This document shows positions 41,401 through 53,204 of a stretch of 53,215 nucleotides of DNA, in pieces. The notes under the pieces are model-generated. The model worked only from the letters and a program-made list of their open reading frames with translations, was not told where the DNA came from and made no database searches. Each line of letters opens with the position of its first letter. The first letter of the stretch is position 1. This DNA comes from Intoshia linei (Eukaryota; Animalia; Orthonectida): NCBI GenBank assembly GCA_001642005.1, contig LWCA01000110.1:1-53215 (forward strand), given 5' to 3'. The position numbers and the translations under genes were made by a program.

Positions 41401-44400
41401 AACACAGCCGAAGTTTATTCCTTCGTTATTAAGGCCCAGACTATTTTCTTCCCCAATCTGTGATTCCTATAATTGACGATTTTATGTATAAAATGGAATC
41501 TTTTTTATTTTTTGACCTTAGGAAACTATAAAAAGATTTTAGCCTTGTATTGGTTGACTAATATTATATGGTATATTAATATATAAAACTTATTGGTATA
41601 TAGCGAATTTCCAAAGCACGACGCAGTTCTCGACATAAGCGTACAAATGATTTTATCGAAATTGTTGCTCAAAAGGAAATTGGAAATTCTAAAAGATTTT
41701 GCATGAACTCACCAACAGATAGGGAAACAATGACTTCTTCAATTAGTACATCTAGGTATTATTTAAAAATATTAAAATATTATATTTGTCTAATATCCGT
41801 AATAATAATATGAGCTAACCCGTAGATGCGGTTTTAAATTTGTTATATTTGTGTTTGAAAAAAATAATCATGATAAAATCATTAAAATCTTTTGGATACC
41901 ATGAGATCTAAAGTAAAACTCCATTCCATCTTTTCCTTTCATTCGTTTATTTATTTTTTTAATACAACACCAGATATGTATGTAGTGTTTGTACATGTAC
42001 ATTATATGTAGTGTATAATGTCAACTCATTGATTTTTAATTTAAAACTTACTTTTAATATAAAAAAAGAAAACAAAAGTGACCGTTTTATAAATGTTCAC
42101 TTTTGAAAGGTTCATCTGTATACTACAATAAATTTTAGTCTCAATACACTGCGAAGGTGCAATTCTGGTAGATCTTTAAATAAAAAGCATAATTTGGTCA
42201 ACAAAATGATTATTAAATTGGAACCATGCATAGCTGTATTGTTTAATATATTTTTGTTTTATATGTGCATTTAGTGTGGTAAACGTATAAAATTTGGAAA
42301 AAATGCAGTAAGATGTACAGGTTTATTACATTAATATTAATATAATGTACATGTTAATTATTAAGTTTCAAATAATATTTTATTTAGAATGCAAATCTAT
42401 TGCTCATTCTGATTGTAAAACTAGACTACCTCTTCCTTGTGTCCCTCTTCACCAAGAAAATTATCCTACCTCAGCGAAACGAGTATAATTTCAAAAGTAA
42501 TCATACATTATATATTTTTAGTATGCATTGGAACAATTTGTTTCTAATGAACCACCATTTATTCCAGCCTTTGTGGTATATTTTATTGCAATTTCAATTA
42601 TTTCTTTTATTTAAGATTGGTTAATCTTAATTATTTTTTTATTAGACACATTGCGTCAAAGAAATTGAAAAAAGAGGAATGTATGAAAAGGAAATTTACA
42701 GAATATGTGGGTATGATAAATAATTTTTTTTGAATATGATATGGGCATATTTGTGATTTTTTATATTATAAAATTACATATTAATTTTATAAATTTAGAT
42801 CAAAAAAATCTGTTGATACATTAGTTGAAAAATACATAAGAGGTGGAGGAACTCCTAGTCTGGTATGATTAAATATATTGTATATTTTTTTTTATTTTTG
42901 TTAATTTTGTTTTTAGTCTACCTTTACAGATATTCATACAATCGCTAGTGCTTTGAAAAAGTTTTTACGTGAATTAAAGGAGCCATTATTGACCTTTCGG
43001 TTATGGAGTTCTTTTGCGACAGCAGCTGAAATGTTGGATTGTAGTGAACGGGAAAGTACTTTGTGTTCATTGGTGGCATCTTTACCTAAACCAAATAGAG
43101 ATACTTTGTCTTATCTTGTTTTGCATTTACAAAGGTTTTTTCAATATTTTAATTCGGTTTCGCTAACGTTTTTTTTTACTTAAAATTTAACTTAATTTAA
43201 ATTGAATTAATTTATGTATATATGTAAATCAGTTGATTCATATGCAGTTGATTCTGTTGTATATGACTGTCGTTCAATATTGACTTGCGGATTTTGATTA
43301 GAAATGATAACTCGGTTTAACGCCAATTTTTTATTAATATCATTTTTTTTATTGGGATTCACTGGCCAGTGAATTTTGTCTGATTTGTAGGATTTAACTT
43401 TATGTATTGTAAAATAATGTATATTCTTTAGAATAGCAGAAAATTTGGAGTCAAATACTTCTAGTATGAACATTGCAAGAGTTTTTGGACCTAGCATGAT
43501 TGGATATTCATCTTTAAATCCTACTACATCAGAAATAACTTCTGAAACAGATAAACAACACATGGTAATTCATATGAGTCATTGCAAATTTTTTCATTTA
43601 GTTTTACATTTATTTAAACTTTTCTATTTTAGATAACTCAGCGTCTAATGGCTATATCTTGTGACTATTGGCTGGAATATATCGAATCTCATGAAACTGA
43701 GTATTCTGGATCAAATTCTAGCAGTATTTTTAAATTATTTTATTATCTACATCAGCATTTCCCAATCTTGCGATTCCGTATATACCAGGTGTGTCAGACT
43801 CAATTTGCTTGGTGGGCCAAGTGTGAAAAAAAAATTTACGCGGACCACACAAAAAGAATCACTACTCAAAACATTATGTTAAAACTAACAGTTTTAATTA
43901 ATTTATAAAAATTTTAATTCATAAAATGAAATAAGAAACAATAATAATGAAATAAGTGTACAAATAATATTAAAATTATAATCATGAATTTGTCAATTTG
44001 ACATCCTGGTATATACATAAATATGCTATACATATTCTTCGCGTTTTCGTGGTTGGCACATGCTTATCTACAATATGATTTTTTCAAACTTTTGAATATA
44101 GATAGTTCACAGTGAACAGAAAATTCTCATTTTTCAGAGGCCGGGAGAAACTTATCTCACCATATCCTACCAATTTCAGAAAAACGCAATTTTTAATTTT
44201 TTTAATAACTGAGCGGGAGCTTTACTGTAGATGCAAAAATTCTTAAAAAATAATATCACGAATTGGGATTCACTTAGTGAATTTTACCACTCTTGCTTGA
44301 AAACCCGAATATATAAATAGTTACTAAATATACAGTGACAAGTAACAAACCGGAGCCACGATAAAATTAAACAAATTATAATATTAGTATGCTTTCTATT

Positions 44401-44786
44401 ACCCTATTTTTGAGTAAATCAGAAAAAAATAATGTATGGTATTGTCACATCACAATGTACATTGTACATGTAATTCTCGATCAGTTTAGTTTAATTATAA
44501 TTATAAATATATAAAAATTTTATTTATATGCTTTTCTTTGGAAAAATTTGGTCCCCTGGTATATATTATATTTGAAATGAAAGGGATTAATTACATTATT
44601 TTTATTGGTTTATAATTACACGATTGATTAATCATATTTTTTACGCATTGATAAAGTTTTAAAATTATTTTTAATTTAGTCAAGTACTTACTTGGACCTA
44701 TTATAAACAATGAAAACAATAAAGCAATGCCCAATGGTTACAGGAAAAAGAAAAATATACTGGGAACTCCAAATTTATCTGATTAA
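38463..44786 (+). CDS. RACGAP1: Rac GTPase-activating protein 1 (CYK-4/MgcRacGAP), multi-exon
   Basis: Coiled coil (KLNHAR|EQYSAEIERRR); acidic SDIDYDRT; C1 domain HNLVNKMIIKLEPCIA|CGKRIKFGK...C...HSDC...PLPCVP; RhoGAP domain HCVKEIEKRG...IYRICG...LKKFLRELKEPLLT...NRDTL...NIARVFGP. Confidence 0.93.
40026..40659. mobile_element. hAT-type MITE, family D, in a RACGAP1 intron
   Basis: TIRs CAGGCATTGTTAAC / GTTGAGAATGGCTG; perfect 8-bp TSD CGTTAAAT (40018-40025 and 40660-40667). A related terminus GGTTGAGAATGCCTG ends at 36541. Confidence 0.85.
43786..44008 (+). mobile_element. hAT-type MITE, family A, in the last RACGAP1 intron
   Basis: CAGGTGTGTCA...TGACATCCTG with perfect 8-bp TSD GTATATAC (43778-43785 and 44009-44016). 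Confidence 0.9.
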
Positions 44787-44978
44787 TTTTATTAAAAATA
44801 AACAGTAATTTAACCAAGTGTGAATTTGTTACTTGATTTCTGTAATATAGGTTTTATAGACTATTGTTTGTTTTCGTTACAGTATACATTTATTTATACA
44901 GAACAAATGCACATGGTCGCATGAATTATTAGAGTATGTTTAAAAATTGAATTTAAACATTTAAATTTTTAATGTTAA

Positions 44979-47900
44979 ATGTTAAACTGCTCTTCGGATG
45001 CTATTTTAATGTTTGGTAAATTTATTGTATTCCTTTGCTAATATTAAGATTTCCTAGTTAGTGCCATAGAAAGGGACAATGTGGTGTATGTTACTAAATA
45101 TGCTCCGAATCTTGACTGCATTAATCGGTACTTAATATAATTCATGTATTAAATTAAAGGTTATTCTCAGATTGACTCGTTTTGATTTGAGTTTACTCGA
45201 TATGGCGTTATTGCTTGATCACCGACAGGTTATTGAAATTTTACAAGAAAACGGAGCTTTTCGATCAGTTAAATGTATGATTTATTTACTAAAATTTGAA
45301 TTTCATAATTACTGATACCGTTTGAAGTTTAAACACCCTTGAAATACTTTTAAAAAAAACACAATGTTCTATTATTGTATATTTTACTGTATAACCTTAC
45401 AAAATAAAATACATTATTTATCATGTATTAAGTGGCGTTTAATTTAAAAATAATTTTATGTTTGTAAACGCATATTTACTTTACTATCTATACGAGTCAT
45501 ATAAGTAGTACTCTTTCCCACATATTTGATAAATACTGTAACGTTATTTATATATACTTTTAGTGTTTTTATTAGGAAATACAAACGGTTATTTAGTTAT
45601 ACGTGACTATAATCAATATTCTTCATAACCTTTTTCTTTTGTTTAACAAAACGTTTTTAAATTTTCAATCCATTATAACTTACATGAGGGATAATTATGA
45701 TATACTAAATGAATACTAAAAATCAGATTGCTCAATCAAGCGTTCATCACATCTTAATTCATTAACAAGTAAATAGTGTTAAGGGTTAGAGTAGAACTAA
45801 AAGCATTTATGATAATAATATATAAATTTTGTTGTATTAAATATAATATTAACTAATAAATATAACTAAAATATATAAATATTAACTTAAATCAGACAAA
45901 AATTGTCCAAAATCTCGTTACGAGCAGTTGAAAATAGTTACAATTTACACAACAGAAAAGATACAAACCATCAAAGACTGTACTGTATACGAATCAAAAA
46001 GCAGCAATTCTTTATTCGAGGTAGATACATTTTTTATTAAAAATTTCCATTTTTTAAAGTTTTGGTCATTTCGAGATTACCATACCAAATAATTATGGGT
46101 ATAATGATCACCGATAGGAATTTTGTGTTTATAATTTATTTATTAGTAATAAGTTACCGTTCCTAATTTAAAAAAAATATTTATCTATTGGATATTTTGA
46201 GGATAGGCTCGGCTTTTTCTGTTAATTAATTGCACGTATTTTTTCATGTCTATACAAATAAATACTATTTGTCTAAATTTTAACTACGTTTTTGAGCATA
46301 TTTAATTTAATATGCAAAATAAATAATACATTCCCCAAATTTTTTTAACATTTCATATTTCAAAACAAACAAGTACCAAGTCAAATATCATATATGGTAA
46401 TAAAAAAGTGATAAATGTAAACTTGAAAAAGATTTCATCAACGATTCAAACCAAAAATAAATTTATAATTTAGGAATATTACGATACAGTACAAAAATTA
46501 AATCATGACTTAAAAATATTAAACAAAATGATGACAAATTTGGAATGTGCTATTGGTACATTTAAATATTATTATTTACAAGTTTTACTGTTATGTACTT
46601 CGTACAAACAGCATCCTAGCATTTAAGGAAAATTATCCTCAACCTATTTTTAAAGATTTTCAAGATTTCCTAAAATGTTCCCTTATAAACCCTACCAAAT
46701 TTTGATCCTAAAATTATCTTCAAAATCGGTCAAAAAGGTTTTATAAATATTTGGAAATGAGAAACTATAGTTTAGACTTGAGAAAGATATCAATCGAGAA
46801 AATACAATAAAAATGTATATTTTATTTTATTAAAATACTTAAGTTTTCCACAAATGTTCAACTTATCTACTGCTTACATGTACCTTTATGTAGTACAAAA
46901 TGGACAATCTCCAAATATATTTAAATAAATAAAAACTTAAAAAAATGTACCCCTACTTTAACCCTAAACTGAGCCACTTAGCGACCTCGAGAAATTATGT
47001 GAGGCATCACATTCTGATAATTTCGTCACAGTGGACAAAATCTAATGTCGTTTGATCAAATGTTTTTAAAAGTACTCATTCGGTGCGCCGTGCTATATAA
47101 TTAATATAATAACTTGAAAAATTTAGATCAAGTTCCAAAAATAAACATAACAGATGGATTATTCTACAGAAATGGCATAATACTATTTTTGGAAATTTTT
47201 TCAAATTTTTACCTATTTGATTTTGAAAGTAAATAAAATGTTTATAGTTTTAATTTTAATTAGTCATAGTTATAGACCAAAAGGGTAATCAAAGAAAAAG
47301 TTTAGAAAAACTAAAGTTAATCAATAACACTCATTGTGTTTTTTTGAAAGAGTATAAATTGACTGACACAATATATATTCAGTGTAATACAATTGGAAAA
47401 ACGGTGGTTTCAAGTCCTGAATTTATTCCCAATTTTGGGGGAAATTACACTGAGTTTGATGAAATAGACCAAAATAAAATCAGAAACAAATTGGAATATT
47501 ATTTAAACACCTTGAATCATATTCAGTGTATGCTTTACAAATATTTTTACATGATTTGAGTATATTTGTTTTTTAAAGTAAATCACACTTTTTAGTCGAA
47601 GAAACAGATAATGACAAATCAGTAACAAAGATGATGCACCATTTTCAACCAACTCGAAATTTATCAAAGAGGTAAATTTCAGATTTAAAAATAAAAAATA
47701 AATCAATTGGAATTGGATTATAATTAGAAATATAAAATTTAAATTAATTGTAAAGTACCTTGTAAATATTGTAACGAATGCGGGGGTGTTTTAATAAATT
47801 TACAATTGTGTATAAAATATGCGCCAAATGAAAATACTGTGCCAGGTAATTATGAAATTTACCATGCAAATAAAAAATATATACAAGTTGTATTCATTTG

Positions 47901-50900
47901 TTGGCGCAATGTATAATTTTTGATAAACAGGTAATATTATTATCGTTATCAATATTTTTAGAGTTTTGATATACTTTTGTATTTACTTTTTCAAGGTTTG
48001 CGTTTTATTATTTAGAATTATGGAAAATTATGAAATTTTCAAACTTTTCAATAGTGTTAATAATATTATTTTACACTATAATATCATTTTATTATTGCAT
48101 TTTAATTATTTTGACAAAATTTAGAGGATTACAGATTGGATACATTTCTATTAGAAAAAACAAATTATCTCGATACAAAACTTTGTTTTTAAATTTATCT
48201 CAAGACATTGACCGAGAAAATTTAAAACATTATTTTCGATATTTTTTTCGGCTTTGTCTAAATTATGATTGTGTACAAAAATTAATAAAAAGGGAATTAA
48301 CTCTGAAGAATTACGCTTTTCATAAGAAAATTTTATTTTCTATTCAAAATTTACAGGTATTTTTTTATATTTTTATTATTTGTATGCACAAAAATATTAT
48401 TATAACAGATTTTGGTGGCCCTGGAAGGTTTAAATCAGTGTTTCCTAACCAATTGTGTATCATCGCTTATAAAAACTATTGCTCTATAATCTATGATCTA
48501 CAATCTGTAGAGTCTACACCTTTTTCGATTCAAATTTGACATGATATGACATTGAATTTTTTTAATTTGAACTTCAATATTTAATTAAGTTCAAATATCT
48601 ATAATTAATTTTAGAAGACAATTGGAAAAATTAATATTGGTATTCCTTATTGGAATTATTTGGATTTCAACGACGCTGTTATATTTTTAATTATTGATAA
48701 AGACCCAATGATTGTAGATAAACTATCTAATCAATATTTTCGAAATAGCCACCTTTTTTTACAGGCTAGCATTTTACAATCAATTAAGGTTTTTTTTGAT
48801 ACATTTTAATTTATAATTTTGTATATATAAAATATAATATGACATGTAAGATACATGCCCTACAACAGTGATGGGAAAATCTGGGTTTGTGAGTCAAAAA
48901 TGACGTCGCATTTTTTTAATACTTGAATTTGTCTAGAAAAAAACTATTAAACAAATAGATTCGATGAGTAAATAAGGTTAACTTTCGTAGCTTATTTATA
49001 ATACCTTAATAATAATTTAAACATATATTAGGGTGTCTACTTTTTTTATTAAAAAAACGCATTTTTGTATTTATCTACTAAAAAACGAAATCGGTTAATA
49101 TTTACCCCATCAAATGTAATTATTGAAATTCATACAAAATTTTTAAGATAAATGTAAGATATAAATTATTATATATATATTATATAATCAGCTTTAATTT
49201 GTTTATATGGATATATATTATATTATATGGATTTATATGGACCTTTGATATGTTTACCATGCTGTGTGGACCACTTTATTTTTTAAATTCATTTCTAGCT
49301 AATTTATTTTGGTTTTTAATAATGTTTAAATTTCTCATAATTAACCCAAAAAACTACACATCAAATTTATTATAATATACAAATTAATTAAGTAATTGTA
49401 AACTCAAAATAAATTTCGTAAAAACCAAAATAAATGAGCTAGAATTTAATTTAAAAAAACAACTTTGAACAATAAATTTATGAATCCTTACATATATAAT
49501 ATTCTACGCAATATTTGTTTGTGTGTGTGTGTGTTCCACTTTATGTCAATAACTACCAGTCTTAGAATTTTATAAAGTCCACATTTCAATTACATTTTTT
49601 TTAGGGGATAAGATAAGATAAATTTCAACCTCCCAAACTCACACCTTACGGGTCAAAAACCCCTATTGTCATTTTTTTGAAAATCAAACAATTGGAGAAT
49701 TTAAAAAAAATATATACGGTGATACGAATTTTAAAATCATAAATATTATCATCAATTTAAATTTAAAAAAAAAATATCTTTAGAGCCAAACCCACAAATG
49801 ACCCTTTTTTTTAATTAAAACAACTTTAGAATTTAAAAAATGTACAGTTAGTGTACGGTTAGGTGGTACAGTTGTATCTTGTTAACACACACGAAAAATT
49901 TTAATCTGAATAAGTGACGCCTTCACGGTTAAATAAACTATTTTAGTATTTATATATATTTTTTCCAAAATATTTTATTAAAACCAAAAATGTCAAATAA
50001 TTAATAGTCTGAAAATTAAAAAAAAAAATTATTCTGATAGAGCTTATTCCAGTTAATGTAAATACAAATACGATATTATCAGCAAATATTTTTTCAAAAG
50101 TTTGAATTAAAATTAAAAATATTCATCTTACAAATTTTAAAAAAAATGTTCATTTAACGTATACACATTTCTAATAAAGAAATATGGGTGAAAATCTATA
50201 TAATTTATTCCTTTGGAATTTTTTTCATTGCTACGCAATTTTTAAATTATCATTTTCAAAACATTTTGTTTAAAATTTAAATTAAAACTACAACGACGAT
50301 CACTAAAATTAATACAACTTTGTTATTATCATTTTTATATTTATTACAATCATTTGCAATATTGGTAAAATTCGGCTGAATGTTTATAAAACCTGCAACA
50401 AATTTGGGAACCACTCCTTTATAGGATTGATAATAGTGAATAGTAGGATTTTTAAGTTAGATTTTCAACGTGAATTGGGATTGATAATAGTGAATAGTAG
50501 AATTTTTAAGTTAGATTTTCAACGTGAATTTTTTGTGCAATAAAAATGTGTCATCAGCAGAGCTAGGTGCTGTTTGTACGTAGTAAATTACAGTCAACCT
50601 AGTGTTATATAATATATGTGTATGAAACATTAAATTTAGTGCATTTCGTATCAACATTTTAATATGCAATTACTTTCGGATGGATTATATGCCATGTACC
50701 TCAATTCGAGTTTTACTATAGATGGAACATATAATATTATGATTAACCCTCTCGAACCTCACCATTTACCAAACGTAAGTTTTAATATATGAATAACAAT
50801 TTAAAAAGACACGGGTTTTCCACAGATAATGATTTCCTCATGAATTCAAATTTGTTTGTCTGGATCAAATCATATTTGAATCCACATCGACATTGATTAC

Positions 50901-51582
50901 TTGAATGGATATATGTTAATGATACATTTAGGTGCTAATTAGAGAAATTCCATTAATCAGCAAGTATTATAAATTAATAATTTTAATAAATTAAAACATA
51001 GTAAAGAATGGAGTTCACTTTTTGATAGAAATCAACAAAATATATTTAAAACTTTTGTGTACAATTTAATTATGCCATTTTTAAAACAATATTCGATAAG
51101 TATTTTACATTGTACCATGTAGTTTTACTTTTTAGATAACTGCGATGAAATTTACATTTATGATAAATTGATACATTTAAAGAAAAATGTAAAAGTCATA
51201 TTACTCTACAAAATGTCACACTCACCTACTCAATCGTGCGAAGAACTTAATTTCATCAATCTTACTACTTTCGAAAATTGTAATATCAAAATAATTATAA
51301 TTAATAAAATTCAGATTATGCGTACATGTACTACAATTCAACCTTTAAAATGTTTTGCAATACAAGTTACGATTATTACTTTTATGAGAAAGTTGCAAAG
51401 GTAAATTGAAATTCATATAAAAATGATAAACCATTCAGAAATCATATTCCCAGGAGTTGATCAAATTGAAAAATGATATTACAACAACGTGGAACCAATT
51501 CCAATGGATAAAACGTACACTAGAAAGCATAAACACCAAATACTCAAAACGATATAAATTTGAATTACAAGACAACATATAA
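44979..51582 (+). CDS. ANKFN1: Divergent ankyrin repeat and FN3 domain protein (ANKFN1/wide awake-like), multi-exon
   Basis: Ankyrin pair MFVSAIERDNV...INR|LTRFDLSLLDMALLLDHRQVIEILQENGA; later IYIYDKLIHLKKNVKVILL...FINLTTFE and TTWNQFQWIKRTLE resemble conserved ANKFN1 C-terminal blocks. The middle exons are only partly resolved. Confidence 0.65.
46579..46620 (-). mobile_element. Helitron 3'-end fragment
   Basis: Reverse complement GCTAGGATGCTGTTTGTAC-GAA-GTACATAACAG...CTTG matches the family 3' hairpin. Confidence 0.55.
49279..49458. repeat. ~39-bp imperfect inverted repeat (probable AT-rich MITE)
   Basis: TTTTTTAAATTCATTTCTAGCTAATTTATTTTGGTTTTT / AAAAACCAAAATAAATGAGCTAGAATTTAATTTAAAAAA. 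Confidence 0.6.
49485..50602 (+). mobile_element. Complete non-autonomous Helitron (1118 bp) in an ANKFN1-like intron
   Basis: 5' A^TC, early (TG)n tract, subterminal hairpin GCTGTTTGTAC..., 3' CTAG^T, no TSD; internal ~55-bp tandem duplication at about 50424-50531. Confidence 0.85.
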
Positions 51583-51647
51583 TATAAAATATAAAAAAGA
51601 AAAAATTTTGTAAATATTAATAAAATTTAATGAAAACATGGACAAAT

Positions 51648-52797
51648 TTAAGCAGTTTTATACTTTTTTAAATTACCCTAAAAATTGACTTAAATCATCA
51701 AAATAAAATAAAAAACCATATAATGTCGTTTTTCAATCGAGGTTTGGAATCTACCGTGTCCGAATTTACTGCTTGTATCGATAAATTTCAAATTGACTTT
51801 TTCGAGTGCAGATGGAGTGACTGGGGGATTCAATGACTAAAAAATATGTTAAAAAATATCAAATTATAATGAAACTTTTCTCAAAGTTAAAACGCGTTTT
51901 CTACAACCCATTGTACATCCTTTCAGTAAAATGAAATCGTTTTTAACAACACCATAGTGTGGAAACCCACCCATCGGCGTTATTGATTTTTCAGTCAAAT
52001 CAAATTCTGTGGATGCATTGTTTGTATCAATTTTTCCATCAACGACTTTATATCCCTAAACATTAATGTGTTTTTGATTAAAAGAATAACCTGTCCGATT
52101 TTATAAATTTTTTTGTTTATTTCAGTTCTATGGTGGTATCCTTTTTGACCAGCTCTAGCAACAGAAAAAGCTACCCTAGATGGATGCCACGCACCAATAC
52201 AAGCCACCTTACGTAAACCTTTGTGAGTTTTTCTTGGCAACTTTGTGACGTGCCATCTGGAAACAACACCTTTAAATCCGTGGCCTTTTGTAACTCCGCA
52301 TAAATCAACCATTTCATTTTGTTGAAAAACTTGACCAACGTTCACATTGCGTTCCATCATTTTTCTAGCCCATTTTACCTTGTCAACAATTGTTCCTCCG
52401 TTTAATTGTACTTCCATTATGTTGTCCTTCTTTTGACGCAAACCAATCAATTTCATCTATAAATAAAATATACATTTAAATGGAGTGTTACCTGAGAGTG
52501 TGCAAGTACACGTATAACTGAACAGTATTTACTCAATTTATCATAATTATGTTCAACGTCGGATAAACCTTCAGGTGACTGATATTTTTTGGAATATTTA
52601 GAGTAAGATTTTTTCTTTGATTTCAACCAATTGCTATAAAATCTTCTCCTGCAACCATCACTTAAATGTTCAGCCATAATGGTTTTCATTGATTTTAAAC
52701 CATTTGGTGTTTCATAATAGCCAACTATACCAACAATTACCATTGGTGGAGTTTCTATTACTGTTACTGCTTCAACTGTTTCTTTTTTGTTCAATTC
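51648..52797 (-). CDS. RPL3: 60S ribosomal protein L3 (uL3), 3' exons; the 5' exons lie right of the window
   Basis: [16 protein letters not shown]...EVQLNGG...[13 protein letters not shown]...[20 protein letters not shown]...MGGFPHYG...[16 protein letters not shown]. Confidence 0.98.
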
Positions 52798-52966
52798 TAA
52801 ACGAATAATTAAGTATTGAATCCATTTAGAAAACAAAATGTTCATTTTCTATTAATCAGATTGGTTTTATTATCGTTCCATGTGCGACTCACCGTAGATA
52901 ATTAAATAAATAATTTTTAATAAAACTCAAACAGTCATTTCAATAAAAAATGTTCATTATTTACAA

Positions 52967-53017
52967 TAAAACGAAAGGTTCATGATTTTCAGAAACACGG
53001 ACCTTTAGTGTCATCAG
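52967..53017 (-). ncRNA. U18/SNORD18-like box C/D snoRNA copy with canonical guide spacing and a degenerate box D
   Basis: Minus strand cTGATGA-cactaaa-GGTCCGTGTTT-CTGA-aa-ATCATGA-acctttcgt-TTTA. The guide is antisense to conserved LSU rRNA GAAACACGGACC. Confidence 0.7.
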
Positions 53018-53062
53018 ATGCAAATAGGTATTAAAATTAAACAGAAATGTAAAAGAAAACAT

Positions 53063-53114
53063 TCAGATTAAAAAGTTCATTTTTAGACGAAACACAAATT
53101 TTAAATATCATATC
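53063..53114 (-). pseudogene. Decayed copy of the U18-like snoRNA
   Basis: gATATGA-tatttaaa-ATTTGTGTTTCGT-CTAA-aa-ATGA-actttttaat-CTGA; the guide and boxes C, D' and C' are mutated. Confidence 0.65.
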
Positions 53115-53150
53115 TAAGAAATTAATATCGAAAACTAAATTTCCTTACAA

Positions 53151-53204
53151 TCAGACGAAAAGTTCATCATTTTCAGACGAAACACGGACCTTAAATATCA
53201 TCAT
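53151..53204 (-). ncRNA. U18/SNORD18-like box C/D snoRNA with all four boxes perfect, in an RPL3 intron, sense to the host gene
   Basis: ATGATGA (C) tatttaa GGTCCGTGTTTC gt CTGA (D') aa ATGATGA (C') acttttcgt CTGA (D); 12-nt perfect complement to LSU rRNA GAAACACGGACC. Confidence 0.85.

Noticed and set aside
44787-44935. Apparent ATG-less first exon of the ANKFN1-like gene, suggesting fusion or trans-splicing
   Set aside because: An in-frame ATG exon at 44979 with a good donor explains the start.
45330-45790. piggyBac-like MITE (CCCTTGAAATAC / TAGTGTTAAGGG)
   Set aside because: The TIR match is poor and there is no clean TTAA on both sides.
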